Shown one piece after another: positions 48,711 through 62,197 of a DNA stretch of 64,000 nt. The notes below the pieces were generated by a model. That model was not told where the DNA came from. It did no database searches and saw only the letters and a program-made list of their open reading frames with translations. The position numbers and the translations under genes were made by a program. Source of the DNA: Mobula hypostoma (Eukaryota); the NCBI RefSeq assembly GCF_963921235.1, contig NC_086098.1, forward strand, positions 3,100,001 to 3,164,000, given 5' to 3'. Position 1 is the stretch's first letter, and each line of letters begins with the position of its first letter.

Positions 48711-48881
48711 AAATTCAAAATCACACATTAGGAGTTTAATAGTTTGGAGAGGTAGACAGTGAAAGTAACATGAGAGAAATAAATGTCTATCCAGATGGAT
48801 GGTGCTATTGGAAAATAAGCCCAGAGGACTCACTCATGAACAAATGGAAGGAAAACAGTCAAAAATTATTGTGGTAATTAC

Positions 48882-48883
<2 letters not shown>

Positions 48884-48960
<77 letters not shown>
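48884..48960. repeat. (TG)n microsatellite ending in a short (CG)n run
   Basis: About 32 perfect TG units, then GCGCGCGCG. Confidence 0.98.
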
Positions 48961-48961
<1 letters not shown>

Positions 48962-49367
48962 CTAATATGTGTATATTCCCATTATTATAGCATTGTTATG
49001 TAATTATAAATCTGTATGTGTGTGTCTAATATGTGTCTACACCCACTAATATGGAATTTTTATGTAACTATAAATCTGTGGGTGTGGCCCTTGTGTGTAT
49101 ACACCCATTGTTATATGTGTTATTCCACATTCTTATTTGATGTGCGGGGGACACGTGTGCAATTTCTGCTTGTATTTGCACATATCTTCTGTGTTCTGTG
49201 TGTCTGTTTTCTTTAGTGTGTCTAAGGGGGGAGCATATGTGTGTATGGTTATGTATGTGTATGTGTGGGAGCTGTGATAAGTTGATATATAGACGTATCT
49301 GTATTTATGTCGGTATCTTTATGTGTCAGTGTGGAGTGAGTAAAAATTTTTATGTAATATGATTTTT

Positions 49368-50235
49368 TTGTGAAAGGGACAGATAAGATAGAGGCAGGAA
49401 AGCTGTTTCCACTGGTAGGTGAGACTAGAACTATAGGACATAGACTCAAGATTCAGGGGAGTAGATTTAGGACTGAGGTGAGGAGGAACTGTTTTCCCAG
49501 GGAGTGGTGAATCTGTGGAATTCTCTGCCCATGAAGCAGTGGAGGCTACCTCAGTAAATATATTTAAATCAAAGTTGGATAGATTATGGGGAAAAGGCAA
49601 GTAGGTGGAGATGAGTCCATGGCCAGATCAGCCATGATCTTATTGAATGGCAGAGCAGGGTCAATGGGCCAGATGGCTGACTCCTACTCCTAATTCTTAA
49701 GTTCTTATAATGTACATATGTGTTTGTGTTTAGTTACTGGTTAGACCACACTTGGAGTATTATGTTCAGTTCTGGTTGCCTCATTATAGGAAGGATGTGA
49801 AAGCTTTAGAGAAGGTGCAGAAGAGATTACCAGGATGCTGCCTGGATTAGAGAGCATGTCTGATGAGGATAGGTTGAGTGAAATAGAGCTTTTCTCCTTG
49901 GTACGAAGGAGGATGAGAGGTGATTTGGTGTACAAGTTGATAAGAGGTATAGGTAGAGTGGATAGCCAGGGACTTTTCTCAGGGCATAATTTTAAGGTGA
50001 TTGGAAGAAAGGTTAAGGGATGATATAGGGGAGATGTCAAAGGTAAGTTTTTTACACAGAGAGTGATATGTATGTGGAACACCTTGTCAGGGGTGCTGGT
50101 AGAGGCAGATATGGCGGGGCATTTAAGAGACTTAAATAGGCCTATGAATGACAGAAAAATGGAGGGATATGCAGGAGGGAGGAGTGAAATGGTTAATGTG
50201 GACAAAGGGCCTGTACTGTGTTGTAATGTTCTATA
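49368..50235 (+). mobile_element. Two CR1 3' fragments (49368-49708, 49738-50235)
   Basis: [28 protein letters not shown]. Confidence 0.85.
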
Positions 50236-50238
50236 TTC

Positions 50239-50240
<2 letters not shown>

Positions 50241-50287
<47 letters not shown>

Positions 50288-50336
50288 GTATGTGTGTCGT
50301 GTATGTGTGTTGTGTATGTATGTGTATGTGCGTGTG

Positions 50337-50379
<43 letters not shown>

Positions 50380-50447
50380 ATGCGTGTGTGTCTGTGTTGT
50401 GTATGTGTGTAAATGTGTGTGGTGTGTGTGTTGTGTATGTGCGTGTG

Positions 50448-50494
<47 letters not shown>

Positions 50495-50547
50495 ATGCGT
50501 GTGTGTCTGTGTTGTGTATGTGTGTAAATGTGTGTGGTGTGTGTGTT

Positions 50548-50590
<43 letters not shown>

Positions 50591-51008
50591 GTGTGTGCTG
50601 TGTGTGTATGTACTGTGTGTGTGTGTGTGTTGTGTATGTGTGTGTTGTGTATGTGTGTGTATGTGTGTATGTTGTGTGTGTGTGTGCTGTGTGTGTGTCT
50701 GTGTCTGTGTGTGTTGTGTATGTGTGTGTATGTGTGTGTGTCTGTGTGTGTTGTGTACGTGTGTGCGTGTGTGTGTATGCGTGTGTGCTGTGTGTGTGTC
50801 TGTGTGTGTTGTGTACGTGTGTGCGTGTGTGTATGCGTGCGTGCTGTGTGTGTGTGTGTGTCTGTGTGTGTGTATTTGTGTGTGTTGTGTACGTGTGTGC
50901 GTGTGTGTGTGTGCGTGTGTGCTGTGTTTGTGTGTGTGTGTGTGTGTGAGGGTCTGTATGCGTGTGTGTCTGTGTTGTGTATGTGTGTAAATGTGTGTGG
51001 TGTGTGTG

Positions 51009-51045
<37 letters not shown>

Positions 51046-51076
51046 GTGTACGTGTGTGTGTGTGTGTGTGTTGTGT

Positions 51077-51144
<68 letters not shown>

Positions 51145-51160
51145 GTGTATGTGTGTGTAT
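50241..51160. repeat. About 0.9-kb compound TG satellite with higher-order units
   Basis: Degenerate (TG)n; block TATGCGTGTGTGTCTGTGTTGTGTATGTGTGTAAATGTGTGTGGTG recurs three times. Confidence 0.98.
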
Positions 51161-51629
51161 AATGAGTGCTGTGTGTCTAGCAATAGACATTGAAACTAGA
51201 ATGTGCAAACATCAAGCCTTTATGTGCAATTCTGACAACTACACACGTCCTTAGGGAGGAAAGATAGTGTACAGTAATTTGTCCTTGGCATGCCCCCAAA
51301 CTCCAACAGATTATTTACCACCAATCAATATTGATGTCCACCAGGGACCTGTTAGAGTTTTAAAAAAATCTGCTTCAAGGGGAATCAGTTCCTGCTCACA
51401 TTTTATTTTAGCCACTGGGCAGTGAGGTGAAAAAGCTGAGTGTACAGCTCGTTTTTCATTTCTTCACAGGAATGTGCGCAGCGATGGAAGACCAGCACTT
51501 GGATCAATGCCATGGTGCATGGTGTTCAGCCACAGGACACCAGACACAGAAAACAAGTGAAGGGAATGCAAGTGGACACTAAATGAGCAGATTGGAAAGC
51601 GGTAAGTGGCAGCAAGAAGACAGCAAAAT

Positions 51630-51900
51630 ATTAATTTATTTAGATATACAGTATGGAAAAGGCCCTTCCAGCCCAACAAGCTGCACCTCCCAGAAACCCA
51701 GCTAATTAACCCCAGCCCAATCACAGGACTGATTAACCTACTAACTGGTACATCTTTGGAATGTGGGAGGAAACTGGAACACCCAGAGGAAACCACGCAT
51801 TTATGGGGCAGTTGTACAGACTCCTTACAGATAACATTGGAATTGAACTCAGATCTCCGACAGCCCAAGCTGCAGTAGCATTGCACTAACTATGCTATAT
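51630..51900 (-). mobile_element. V-domain tRNA SINE
   Basis: Reverse complement of GTGGTTTCCTCTGGGTGTTCCAGTTTCCTCCCACATTCCAAAG. Confidence 0.85.
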
Positions 51901-52361
51901 TGACTGAGGTTGGAGCTAAAAGAAATGTAAATGTTGCTGCTGCTTAAACAGAGGTAAGCTCTTCACACAGAGCATGGGGAGAGCCTGCATGGTGGTGGAG
52001 GCAGACATACGAGGGACATTTAGGAGACTCTTAAATAGGCACATGGATGATAGCAAAATAGAGGGCTATGTAAGAAGGAAAGATTAGATTGACCTTAGGG
52101 TATATCTAAAAGGCCAGCACAACTTCGTGGGCCAAAAAGTGTGCACTGAGTTGTAATGTTTTATGTTCTACTGGATTTCCTAATGTTGCACAAAAAAACA
52201 AAAATGTAAAAGTGAATATAAGACCATAAAGTAGTCCACCCTGCCATTCTATCATGGCTGATTTATTATCCCCTTAATCCCATTCTCCAGCATTCTCCCC
52301 GTAATCTTTGACACCCTGATTAATCAGGACTCTATCAACTTCTGCTTTAAATATACGCAAC

Positions 52362-54790
52362 GGGAGGTTTTAATTTCCCTAATATTGATTGGCATCTCCC
52401 TGGAGCAAGGGGTTTAGATGGGGTGGAGTTTGTGAGGTGTGTTTAGGAAGGTTTTCTGACACAATATGTAGATGAGCCTACAAGAGGAGAGTCTGTACTT
52501 GATCTGGTATTGGGAAATGAACCTGGTCAGGTGTCAGATCTCTGACTGGGAGAGCATTTTGGAGATAGTAATCACAATTTTATCTCCTTTACCGTAGCAT
52601 TGGAGGGGGATAGAAACAGACAAGTCAGGAAAACGTTTAATTAGAGTAAGGGGAAATATGAAGCTATCAGACAGGAACTTGGAAGCATAGATTGGGAGCA
52701 GATGTTTTCAGGGAAATGTATGGCAGTAATGTGGCAAATGTTCTGGGAATATTTGTGTGACGTTCTACATAGGTATGCTCCAATGAGACGGGGAAAGGAT
52801 GGTAGAGTACCGGAACTATGATGTACAAAAGCTGTTGAAAATCTAGTCAAGAAGTAAAGAAAAGCTTACAAAAGGTTCAAAAAACTAGGTAATGATAGAG
52901 ATCTAGAAAATTATAAGGCCAGCAAGAAGGAGCTTAAGAAAGAAATTAGGAGAGCCAGAAGGGGGCACGAGAAGGCCTTAGTGTGCAGGATTAAGGAAAA
53001 CGCCAAGGCATTCTACAAGTATGTGAAGAGCAAGAGAATAAGACTTGAGAGAATAGGACCAATCAAGTGTGACAGTGGAACAGTGTGTATGCAGCCAGAG
53101 GGAGTAGCGGAGGTACTTAATGAATAATTTGCTTCAGTATTCACTATGGAAAAGGACCTTGGCGACTATAGGGATGACTTACAGCAGACTGAAAAGCTTG
53201 AGCATATAGACATTAAGAAAGAGGATGTGTTGGAGTTTTTGGAAAGCATCAAGTTGGATAAGTCACCGGGACTGGATGAGATGTACCCCAGGCTACCGTG
53301 GGAGATGAGGGAGGAGATTGCTGAGCTTCTGGCCATGATAATTGCATCATCAATGAGGATGGGAGAGGTTCCGGAGGATGGGAGGTTGTGGATGTTGTTC
53401 CCTTATTCAAGAAAGGGAGTAGAGATAGCTCAGGAAATTATAGACCAGTGAGTCTTACTTCAATGATTGGTAAGTTGATGGAGAAGATCCTGAGAGGCAG
53501 GATTTATGAACATTATGAACATTAGGAATAGTCAGCATTGCTTTGTCAAGGGCAGGTAATGCCTTATCAGCCAGACAGAATTTTTTCAGAATGTGACTAA
53601 ACACATTGATGAAGGTAGAGCAGTAGATGTAGTGTATATGGATTTCAGCAAGGCATTTGATAAGGTACCCCATGCAAGGCTTATTGAGAAAGTAAGGAGG
53701 CATGGGATCCAAGGGGACATTGCTTTGTGGATCCAGAACTGGCTTGCCCACAGAAGGCAAAGAGTGGTTGTAGACGGGTCATATTCTGCATGGAGATCGG
53801 TGACCAGTGGTGTGCCTCAGGGATCTGTCCTGGGACCCCTACTCTTCGTGATTTTTATAAATGACCTGGATGAGGAAGTGGAGGGATGGGTTAGTCAATT
53901 TGCTGATGACACAAAGGTTGAGGGTGTTGTGGATAGTGTTGAGGTCTGTCAAATGTTACAGCACGACATCGATAGGATGCAAAACTAGGCTGAGAAGTAT
54001 CAGATGGAGTTCAACCCAGATAAGTGTGAGGTGGTTCATTTTGGTAGGTCAAATATGATGGCAGATATAGTATTAATGGTAAGACTCTTGGCAGTGTGGA
54101 GGAACAGAGGAATCTTGGGGTCCGAGTCCATAGTACACTCAAAGCTGTTGTGCAGGTTGACTCTATGGCTCAGAAGGCATATGATGTATTGACCTTCAGC
54201 AACTGTGGGATTGAGTTCAAGAACTGATAGGTAATGTTACAGCTATATAGGACACTGGTCAGACCCCACTTGGAGTATTATGCTCAGTTCTGGTCGCCTC
54301 ACTACAGCAAGGATGTGGAAACTATAGAAATAGTGCAGAGGAGATTTACAAGGATGTTGCCTAGATCGGGGAACATGCCTTATGAGAATAGGTTGAGTGA
54401 ACTTTGCCTTTTCTCCTTGAGGCAACGGAGGATGAGAGGTGACCTGATAGAGGTGTATAAGAGGATGTGTGGATAGTCAGAGGCTTTTTCCCAGGGCTGA
54501 ATTGGCTAACATGAGAGGCACAGTTTTAAGGTGCTTGGAAGCAGATACTGAGGAGATGTCAGGGGTAAGTTTTTTTTACACAGAGAGTGGTGAGCGCATG
54601 GAATAGGCTGCCGACGACAATGGTGGAGGCGGATACAATAGGGTCTTTTAAGAGACTCCTGGATAGGTAAATGGAGCTTAGAAAAATAGAGGGCTATGGG
54701 TAACCCTAGGTAATTTCTAAAGTAAGTACATATTCAGCACAGCATTGTGTGCTGAAGGGTCTGTATTGTTTAGGTTTTCTGTGTTTCTAT
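52362..54790 (+). mobile_element. CR1 (end of APE to tail), same subfamily as 30300-35455
   Basis: IKLDKSPGLD, VYMDFSKAFDKVPH, GVPQGS, FADD, RPHLEY. Confidence 0.95.
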
Positions 54791-55059
54791 GACTTGGCCT
54801 CCACAGATATCTATGGCAATGAATTCCACAGATTCACTACCCTTTGACTGAAGAAATTATTCCACATTACTATTGGTAGGAATAATTCATTCTCTATCAA
54901 TGAAGTAGCTTATTTAATGTTAACCCTTTGTTCATTTTTCTGATATTAATTTTGAAGCATACATGAAAAATCAAAATAGGAAAATTCATATTTGGAATTT
55001 TCTTTTTGCAAAATCAGAATCACAGGGTTCCAGACACCTTAAATACTGAGCTAATATTT

Positions 55060-55250
55060 CAAACATACAAGAGGTTCTGCAGATTTTGGAAACCCAGAAC
55101 AATACACTAAAAATGCTGAATGAACTCAGCAGGTCAGGCAACATCTGTGGAAAAGAATAAGAAGTCAATATTTCAGGCCGAAACCCCTCATCAGGATTTG
55201 AAAGGCGGGGAGGGGATAGAAACCAGCAAAATAAGGTGGGGAAAAGGAAA
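55060..55250 (-). mobile_element. Penelope pLTR fragment
   Basis: Minus strand reads CCTGATGAGGGGTTTCGGCCTGAAAT. Confidence 0.8.
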
Positions 55251-56813
55251 CTTTTCAGTCCACTTCATATGATTTCTGATGGGATTATATTGAAAGGCAG
55301 CATTGCAAAAATAAATCATATTATTTTCATATAAATAAAAACAGAAATGAGCTGTAAGATCTGAAATTCTGCAGTGACAATTCTGGCCAAAAGTGCTCAT
55401 GCAAATACTAAGACCAAAAGACGGTAAGATATATGAGCAGATTTAGGCCATTTGATCCATCAAGTCTGCTCTGCCTTTTTTAGCATGGCTGATCCATCTT
55501 CCTTTCAACCCTAATATCCTGCCTTCTCCCTGTATCGCTTCATGCCCTGACCAGTCAAGAAACTATCAACCTCTTCCTTAAATATTCATAAACATTTGCC
55601 CCCCACAGCTGCCTCTGGCAACTAATTCTAGAGATTCATCACTCTCTGGCTAAAGAAATTCCTCCTCATCTTTATTCTAAAAGGACACCCCTTTCTATTC
55701 TGAGGCTGTGTCCTCTGGTCTTAGACTCTCCCACCATCGGAAACATCATCTCCACATTCACTCTATCAAAGCCTTTCACCATTCAATAAGATTTCAATAA
55801 GGACACCCCTCATTCTTCTAAATTCAGTGAATACAGGCCCACAGCCATCAAACACTCTTCATACGGAAACTGTATTGTGAAACTCTTTTGAATCCTCTCC
55901 AGTTTTAGCACATCCTTTCTAAGATAAGGGGCTCAAAACTGCTCACAATACTCCAAGTGAGGCCTCACCAGTATTTTATGAAGTCTCAACATTACATCCT
56001 TGTTTTTAGATTCTACTCCTCTTGAAATGATTGTTAACATTGCATTTATTTTCCTCACCACAAATGCAGATTAACATCAATCTGCAAATTAACCTTTAGG
56101 GAATGTTGCTCAATGACTCCCAAATCCCACTGTGCCTCAGATTTTTTAATTTTTTCTCCATTTAGAAAATATTCAAACTTTCCACTTCTTCTACCAATGT
56201 GCATGGCCATACACTTCCCGACACTGTATTCAATCTCACACTTCTTTACCCATTTTCTTAATCTGTTTAAGACCATTTATAGCCTCCCTATTTCCTCAAA
56301 ACTACCTGCCCCTCCACCTACCTTTGTATCATATACAAACTTTGCAAATTAGGCATTAATTCCAACATCCAAATCATTGACATATAATGTAAAAAGAATC
56401 GGTCCCAACACAGACGCTGTCGAACCCCACTAGTCACTGTCACCCAGCCAGAAAAGGGTCTCCTTATTCCCACTCCTTGCCTCCTGCCAATCAGCCATTG
56501 ATTTATCCATACTAGAATCTTTCCTGTAATACCATGGGCTCGTGTCTTGTTAAGCAGCCTCATCTGTGAGACCTTGTCAACAGCCTTCTGAATAACTAAG
56601 TAGACAACATCAACCAATTTTCTTTTGTCTTCATAGCTTGTTATGTCTTCAAAGAACTCCATCAGATTTGTCAGGCAAGATTTTCTCTTGAGGAAACAAT
56701 GCTGACTACGACCTATTTTATCATGTGTCTCCATGTACCCTGGGACATTATTCTTAATAATCGAACCAACATTTTCCCAACCATTGAGGTCAGACAAACT
56801 AGCCTATAATTTC

Positions 56814-56939
56814 AAAGAAGAGAAAAACTGCACACTGGAATTCCAAGCAACGCAGACAAAATGCTAGAAGACCTCATCAGGCCAGGCAGATCCATGGAAA
56901 AGAGTACAATCGACGTTTCAGGCTGACACGCTTAAGCAG
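56814..56939 (-). mobile_element. Short Penelope pLTR insertion with 12-bp TSD
   Basis: GCCTATAATTTC at 56802-56813 and 56940-56951. Confidence 0.85.
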
Positions 56940-57960
56940 GCCTATAATTTCCTTTCTTCAGCCTCCCTCTCTTCTTGAAGAGGAGAATGGCATTTGCAAT
57001 TTTCCCATCTTCCAGAACCATTCCAGAATCTAGTGATTCCTGAAAAATCATTACTACTGCCTCCACAATCTCTTCAGCCACCTCTTTCAGAACTGGTGTA
57101 CACCATCTGGTCCAGACGACTTATCTACCTTCAGACCTTTCAGTTACACAAGAACCTTCTCTCTAGTTATGGTAACTTCACACACTTCATGACCCCTGAC
57201 ACCTGGAAATTCCACCATACTTCTCATGTCTCCCACAGTGAAGAATGATACAAAATACTTATTCCGTTCATCTGCCATTTTCTTATTCCCCATTACTACC
57301 TCTCCAGCATCATTTTCCAGTGGTCTGATATCCATTCTCACCTCTCTTTTACACTTTATGTATCTGAAGGAACTTTTGGTATCCTCTTTAATATTATGGG
57401 TTTGTTTACTTTCATTTCCATCTTTACCTTCCTAATGACTTTTTTAGTAGCCTTCTGTTCGCATTTAAATCTTCTCAATCTCCTAACTTCCTACTAATTT
57501 TTGCTCTATTATATGCCCTCTCTTTGGCTTTTATGTTGGCTTTGACTTCCCTTGTTAGTCAAAAGTTGTGTCATTTTGCCTTTAGGATACTTCTTCCTCT
57601 TTGGGATGTATATATCCTGTGCCTTCTAAATTAATTCCAGAAATTCCAGCCACTGGTGATCTACCATCATCCCTACCAGTGTTCATTTCCAAACTGTTCT
57701 GGTCAACTCCTCTCTCATGCCTCTGTAATTCCCTTTACTCCACTATAATACTTATACATCTGATTTCAGCTTCTCCTTCTCAAATTTCAGGGTGAATTCA
57801 ATCATATTGGGATCACTTTCCCCGAAGGGTTCTTTTGCCTTAAGCTCTCAAATCAGTTCTGATTTATTGCACAACACTCAATCCAGCATAAATAATCCTC
57901 TAGTGGACTCAACTACGAGCTGTTCTAAAAAGCCATCTCATAGAGATTCCAGAAATTTCT

Positions 57961-60245
57961 TATAACCAGATAACCATATAACAATTACAGCACGGAAACA
58001 GACCATCTCGGCCCTTTTAGTCCGTGCCGAACTCTTACTGTCATCTAGTCCCATCTACCTGCACTCAGCCCATAACCCTTCAATTCCTTTCCTGTCCATA
58101 TACCTATCCAATTTAACATTAAACGACAACATCGAACCAGCCTCCACCACTTCTACTGGAAGCTCCTTCCACACAGCTACCACTCTCTGAGAAAAGAGGT
58201 TCCCCCTCGTGTTACCCCTAAACTTTTGCCCCTTAACTCTCAACTCATGTCCTCTTGTTTGAATCTCCCCTACTCTCAATGGAAAAAGCCTATCCACGTC
58301 AACTCTATCTATCCCCCTCATAATTTTACATACCCCTATCAAGTCCCCCCCCCTCAACCTTCTACGCTCCAAAGAATAAAGACCTAACTTGTTCAACCTT
58401 TCTCTGTAACTTAGGTGCTGAAACCCAGGTAACATTCTAGTAAATCTCCTCTGCACTCTCTTTATTTTGTTGACATCTTTCCTATAATTCGGTGACCAAA
58501 ACTGTACGCAATACTCCAAATTTGGTCTCACCAATGCCTTGTACAATTTCAACATTACATCCCAACTCCTATACTCAATGCTCTGATTTATAAAGGCCAG
58601 CATACCAAAAGCTTTCTTCACCACCCTATCCACAACTCCACCTATCTTAGTATCGTCTGCATACCTACTAATCCAATTTACCACCACATTAATGTATATG
58701 ACAAACAACATTGGACCCAGTACAGATCTCTGAGGCACACCACTAGTCACCAGCCTCCAATTTGACACACAGTTATCCACCACTACTCTCTGGTGTCTCC
58801 CATCCAGCCACTGTTGAATCCATTTTACTACTTCAATATTAATACCTAACGATTGAACCTTCCTAACTAACCTTCCATGTGCAACCTTGTCAAAGGCCTT
58901 ACTGAAGTCCATATAGACAACAACCACCGCTTTACGCTCGTCAATTTCCCTAGTAACCTCTTCAAAAAATTCAATAAGATTTGTCAAACATGACCTTCCA
59001 CGCACAAATCCATGTTCCCTGTTCTTAATCAGACCCCGTCTATCCAGATAATTATATATACCATCTCTAAGAATACTTTCCATCAATTTACCCACCACTG
59101 ACATCAAAATTACAGGCTGATAATTGTTAGGTTTACTCTTAGAACCCTTTTTAAACAATGGAACAACATGAGCAATACGCCAATCCTCCGGCACCATCCC
59201 CGTTTCTAATGACATCTGAAATATTTCTGTCAGAGCCCCTGCTATTTCTACACTAACTTCCCTCAAGGTCCTAGGGAATATCCTGTCAGGACCCGGAGAC
59301 TTATCCACTTTTATATTCCTTAAAAGTGCCAGTACTTCCTCTTCTTTAATTGTCAGACTTTCCATAACTACCCTTCTTGTTTCCTTTGCTTTAAACAATT
59401 CAATATCCTTCTCCTTAGTGAATACCAAAGAAAATAAATTGTTCAGAACCTCCCCCATCTCTTTTGGCTCCACACATAGCCGTCCACTCTGATTCTCTAA
59501 GGGACCAATTTTATCCCTCGTTATCCGTTTGCTATTTATATAACGGTAGAAATCTTTGGGATTTATTTTCACCTTACTTGCCAAAGCAACCTCACATCTT
59601 CTTTTAGCTTTGCTAATTTATTTCTTAAGATTCTTTTTACATTCTTTATATTCCTCAAGCACCTCATTTACTCCAAGCTGCCTATATTTATTGTAGATCT
59701 CTCTCTTTTTCCAAACCAAGTTTCCAATATCCCTTGAAAACCATGATTCTCTCAAACTTTTAACCTTTCCTTTCAACCTAACAGGAACGTAAAGATTCTG
59801 TACCCTCAAAATTTCACCTTTAAATGACCTCCATTTCTCTATTACATCCTGCTCATGAAACAAATTGTCCCAATCCACTCCTTCTAAATCTTTTCGCATC
59901 TCCTCAAAGTTAGCCTTTCTCCAATCAAAAATCTGAACCCTGGGTCCAGTCCTATCCTTCTCCATAATTATATTGAAACTAATGGCATTGTGATCACTGA
60001 ACCCGAAGTGCTCCCCAACACATACCTCTGTCACCTGCCCTATCTCATTCCCTAACTGGAGATCCAACACTACCCCTTCTCTAGTTGGTACCTCTCTGTA
60101 TTGCTGCAAAAAACTATCCTGCACACATTTTACAAATTTCAAACCATCCAGCCCTTTTACAGAATGGGCTTCCCAGTCTACAAGTGGAAAATTAAAATCT
60201 CCCACAATCACAACCTTGTGCTTACTACAAATATAAGCTATCTCC
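57961..60245 (-). mobile_element. Nested CR1 with 509-aa open RT frame (58055-59584) carrying an in-frame deletion
   Basis: KSPGPD..YMDFSKAFD..YADDTKIGGVVD joined directly to RVVKKAFGML; ORF 59618-60271 covers the APE end. Confidence 0.93.
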
Positions 60246-60744
60246 CATCTTCTCTTGGAACTCCACACCAACCTGATTCCCTGTATATTGAAACCCCCAT
60301 AACTATTGTAACATTACCCTGGCATGCATTTTCTATTCTCCATTGTAATGTGTAGACCATATCTTTACTAATGTTTGGGCGTCTACATATAACTCCCATC
60401 AGGGTCTTTACCTTCGCAGTTACTTAGCTGTATCCATAATGATTCAACACCTTCTGACCCCACGTCATCACTTTCTAATGATTTAATTTCATTTTATACC
60501 GACAGAGGCAATGCCACCCCTCTGCCTTCCTGCCTGACCTTTTGATACAAAATGTATTCTTGGACATTAAGTGTACTGACCACGTTATACTCAACACAAC
60601 ACCAACTGTCAGATAATCTGCAAGAAATGATGACTCTTCACCCTCTCAGTCACTGAATCAGCTAATGCTCAGGCCAGGTTAGTAGTCATTGTCAAGGCAA
60701 CAAAATGGCACTAAGGAGTTTGTGCACAGTATAGAAGTAAAGAG

Positions 60745-61005
60745 GTGAGCTCAACACTTTACAGTACCAGACCTAGGTTCAATTCCCACTGCTGTCTGTA
60801 AGGAGTTTGCATGTTCTCCCTGTGACCGAGTGGGTTTCATCCGGGTTCTCCAGTTTCCTCCCACAATTCAAAGACATGCCAGTTTATCGGTGAATTGGAC
60901 ATTGAAAATTACCCCATGATTAAGCTTGGGTTAAATTAGGTGTGTTTCAAAGAGCTAGAAGTGTCTGTACTACACTGTATCGCAATCAATAAATAAATAA
61001 ATAAA
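60745..61005 (+). mobile_element. V-domain tRNA SINE
   Basis: GGTTCAATTCC B-box, V core, (AAAT)n tail. Confidence 0.85.
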
Positions 61006-61049
61006 CTATCGTAACTTCTTAACCGTATGGTGAAGAAAGCATACGGTGC

Positions 61050-61690
61050 ATGTGGTTAAGAAGGCATACAGTTCATTGGCCTTCGTAAATCGTGGGATTG
61101 AGCTTAAGAGCCAAGAGTTAATGTTGCAGCTATATAGGACCCTGGTCAGACCCCACTTAGAATACTGTGCTCAGTTCTGGTCGCCTCACTATAGGAAGGA
61201 TGTGGAAACCATAGAAAGGGTGCAGAAGAGATTTACAAGGATGTTGCCTGGATTGGGGAGCATGCCTTATGAGAATAGGTTGAGCGAACTCGGCCTTTTC
61301 TCCTTGGAGCGACAGAGGATGAGAGGTGACTTGATAGAGGTGTACAAGATAATGAGAAGCATTGATCATGTGGATAGTCAGAGGCTTTTTTCCAGGGCTG
61401 AAATGGCTAGCATGAGAGGGCACAGTTTTAAGGTGCTTGGAAGTAGGTACAGAGGAGATGTTGGGGTAAGTTTTTTAAGCAGAGAGTGGTGAGTGTGTGG
61501 AATGGGCTGCCGGCAGCGGTGGTGGAGGCGGAAACGATAGGGTCTTTTAAGAGACTCCTGGATGGATAAATGGAGCTTAGGAAAAGAGAGGGCTATAGGT
61601 AAAGCCTAGGTAGTTCTAAGGTAGGGACATGTTGGCAGAGCTTTGTGGGAAGAAGGGCCTGTACTGTGCTGTATGTTTTCCATGTATCAG
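61050..61690 (+). mobile_element. CR1 3' fragment
   Basis: ORF 61046-61492 RPHLEYCAQFWSPHYRKD. Confidence 0.92.
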
Positions 61691-61699
61691 CATGGGATT

Positions 61700-62197
61700 A
61701 GAGGTGAGAACCTCTCCAGACCCAAGTTCCCAGTGCATCAAAGGCAAAGTCCTCCCCACCATTGTGCACACATTCATGGAACACTGCCAGAAGGAAAGAG
61801 CATCCATCATCAAGGAGCCCACCATCCAGGCCATGCTCTCTTCTCACTGCTGCCATCAGGAAGGACATACAGAAGCCTTAAGCCCCCATCACCAGATTCA
61901 GGGACAGTTATTTCCCCTCAACCATCAGGTTCCTGAACTGGCATGGATAACTTCACTCACCACGACTCTGAACTGATTCTACAACATGCGGACTCACTTT
62001 CAGGGACTCAATGTTCTCAGTATTTTTTATTTTTTATTTGCACATTTTGTCTTCTCTTTTCAGACTTTGTTTATGGATAATTGTTTTTCAGAAATTCTAT
62101 TGTATTTATATATGTAAATGGCCACAATAAATTGAATCTCAGGGTTGTACTTGGTGACATAGATGTACTTTTATATTAAATTGACTTTGACTTTGAT
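61700..62197 (+). mobile_element. Rex1/Babar-like 3' fragment with UTR and (GACTTT) tail
   Basis: ASIIK..HHPGHALFSLLPSGRTYRSLK. Confidence 0.8.

Larger units (their letters stand above)
55410..60575 (-). mobile_element. CR1 (APE to tail) interrupted by a pLTR (56814-56939) and a second CR1 (57961-60245)
   Basis: RT pieces 56055-56797, linker 57144-57341; APE sequence resumes at about 60246. Confidence 0.88.

Noticed and set aside
50063..51254. Long Cys/Val- and His/Thr-rich ORFs (up to 325 aa)
   Set aside because: Translations of the TG/CA satellite, which lacks stop codons.
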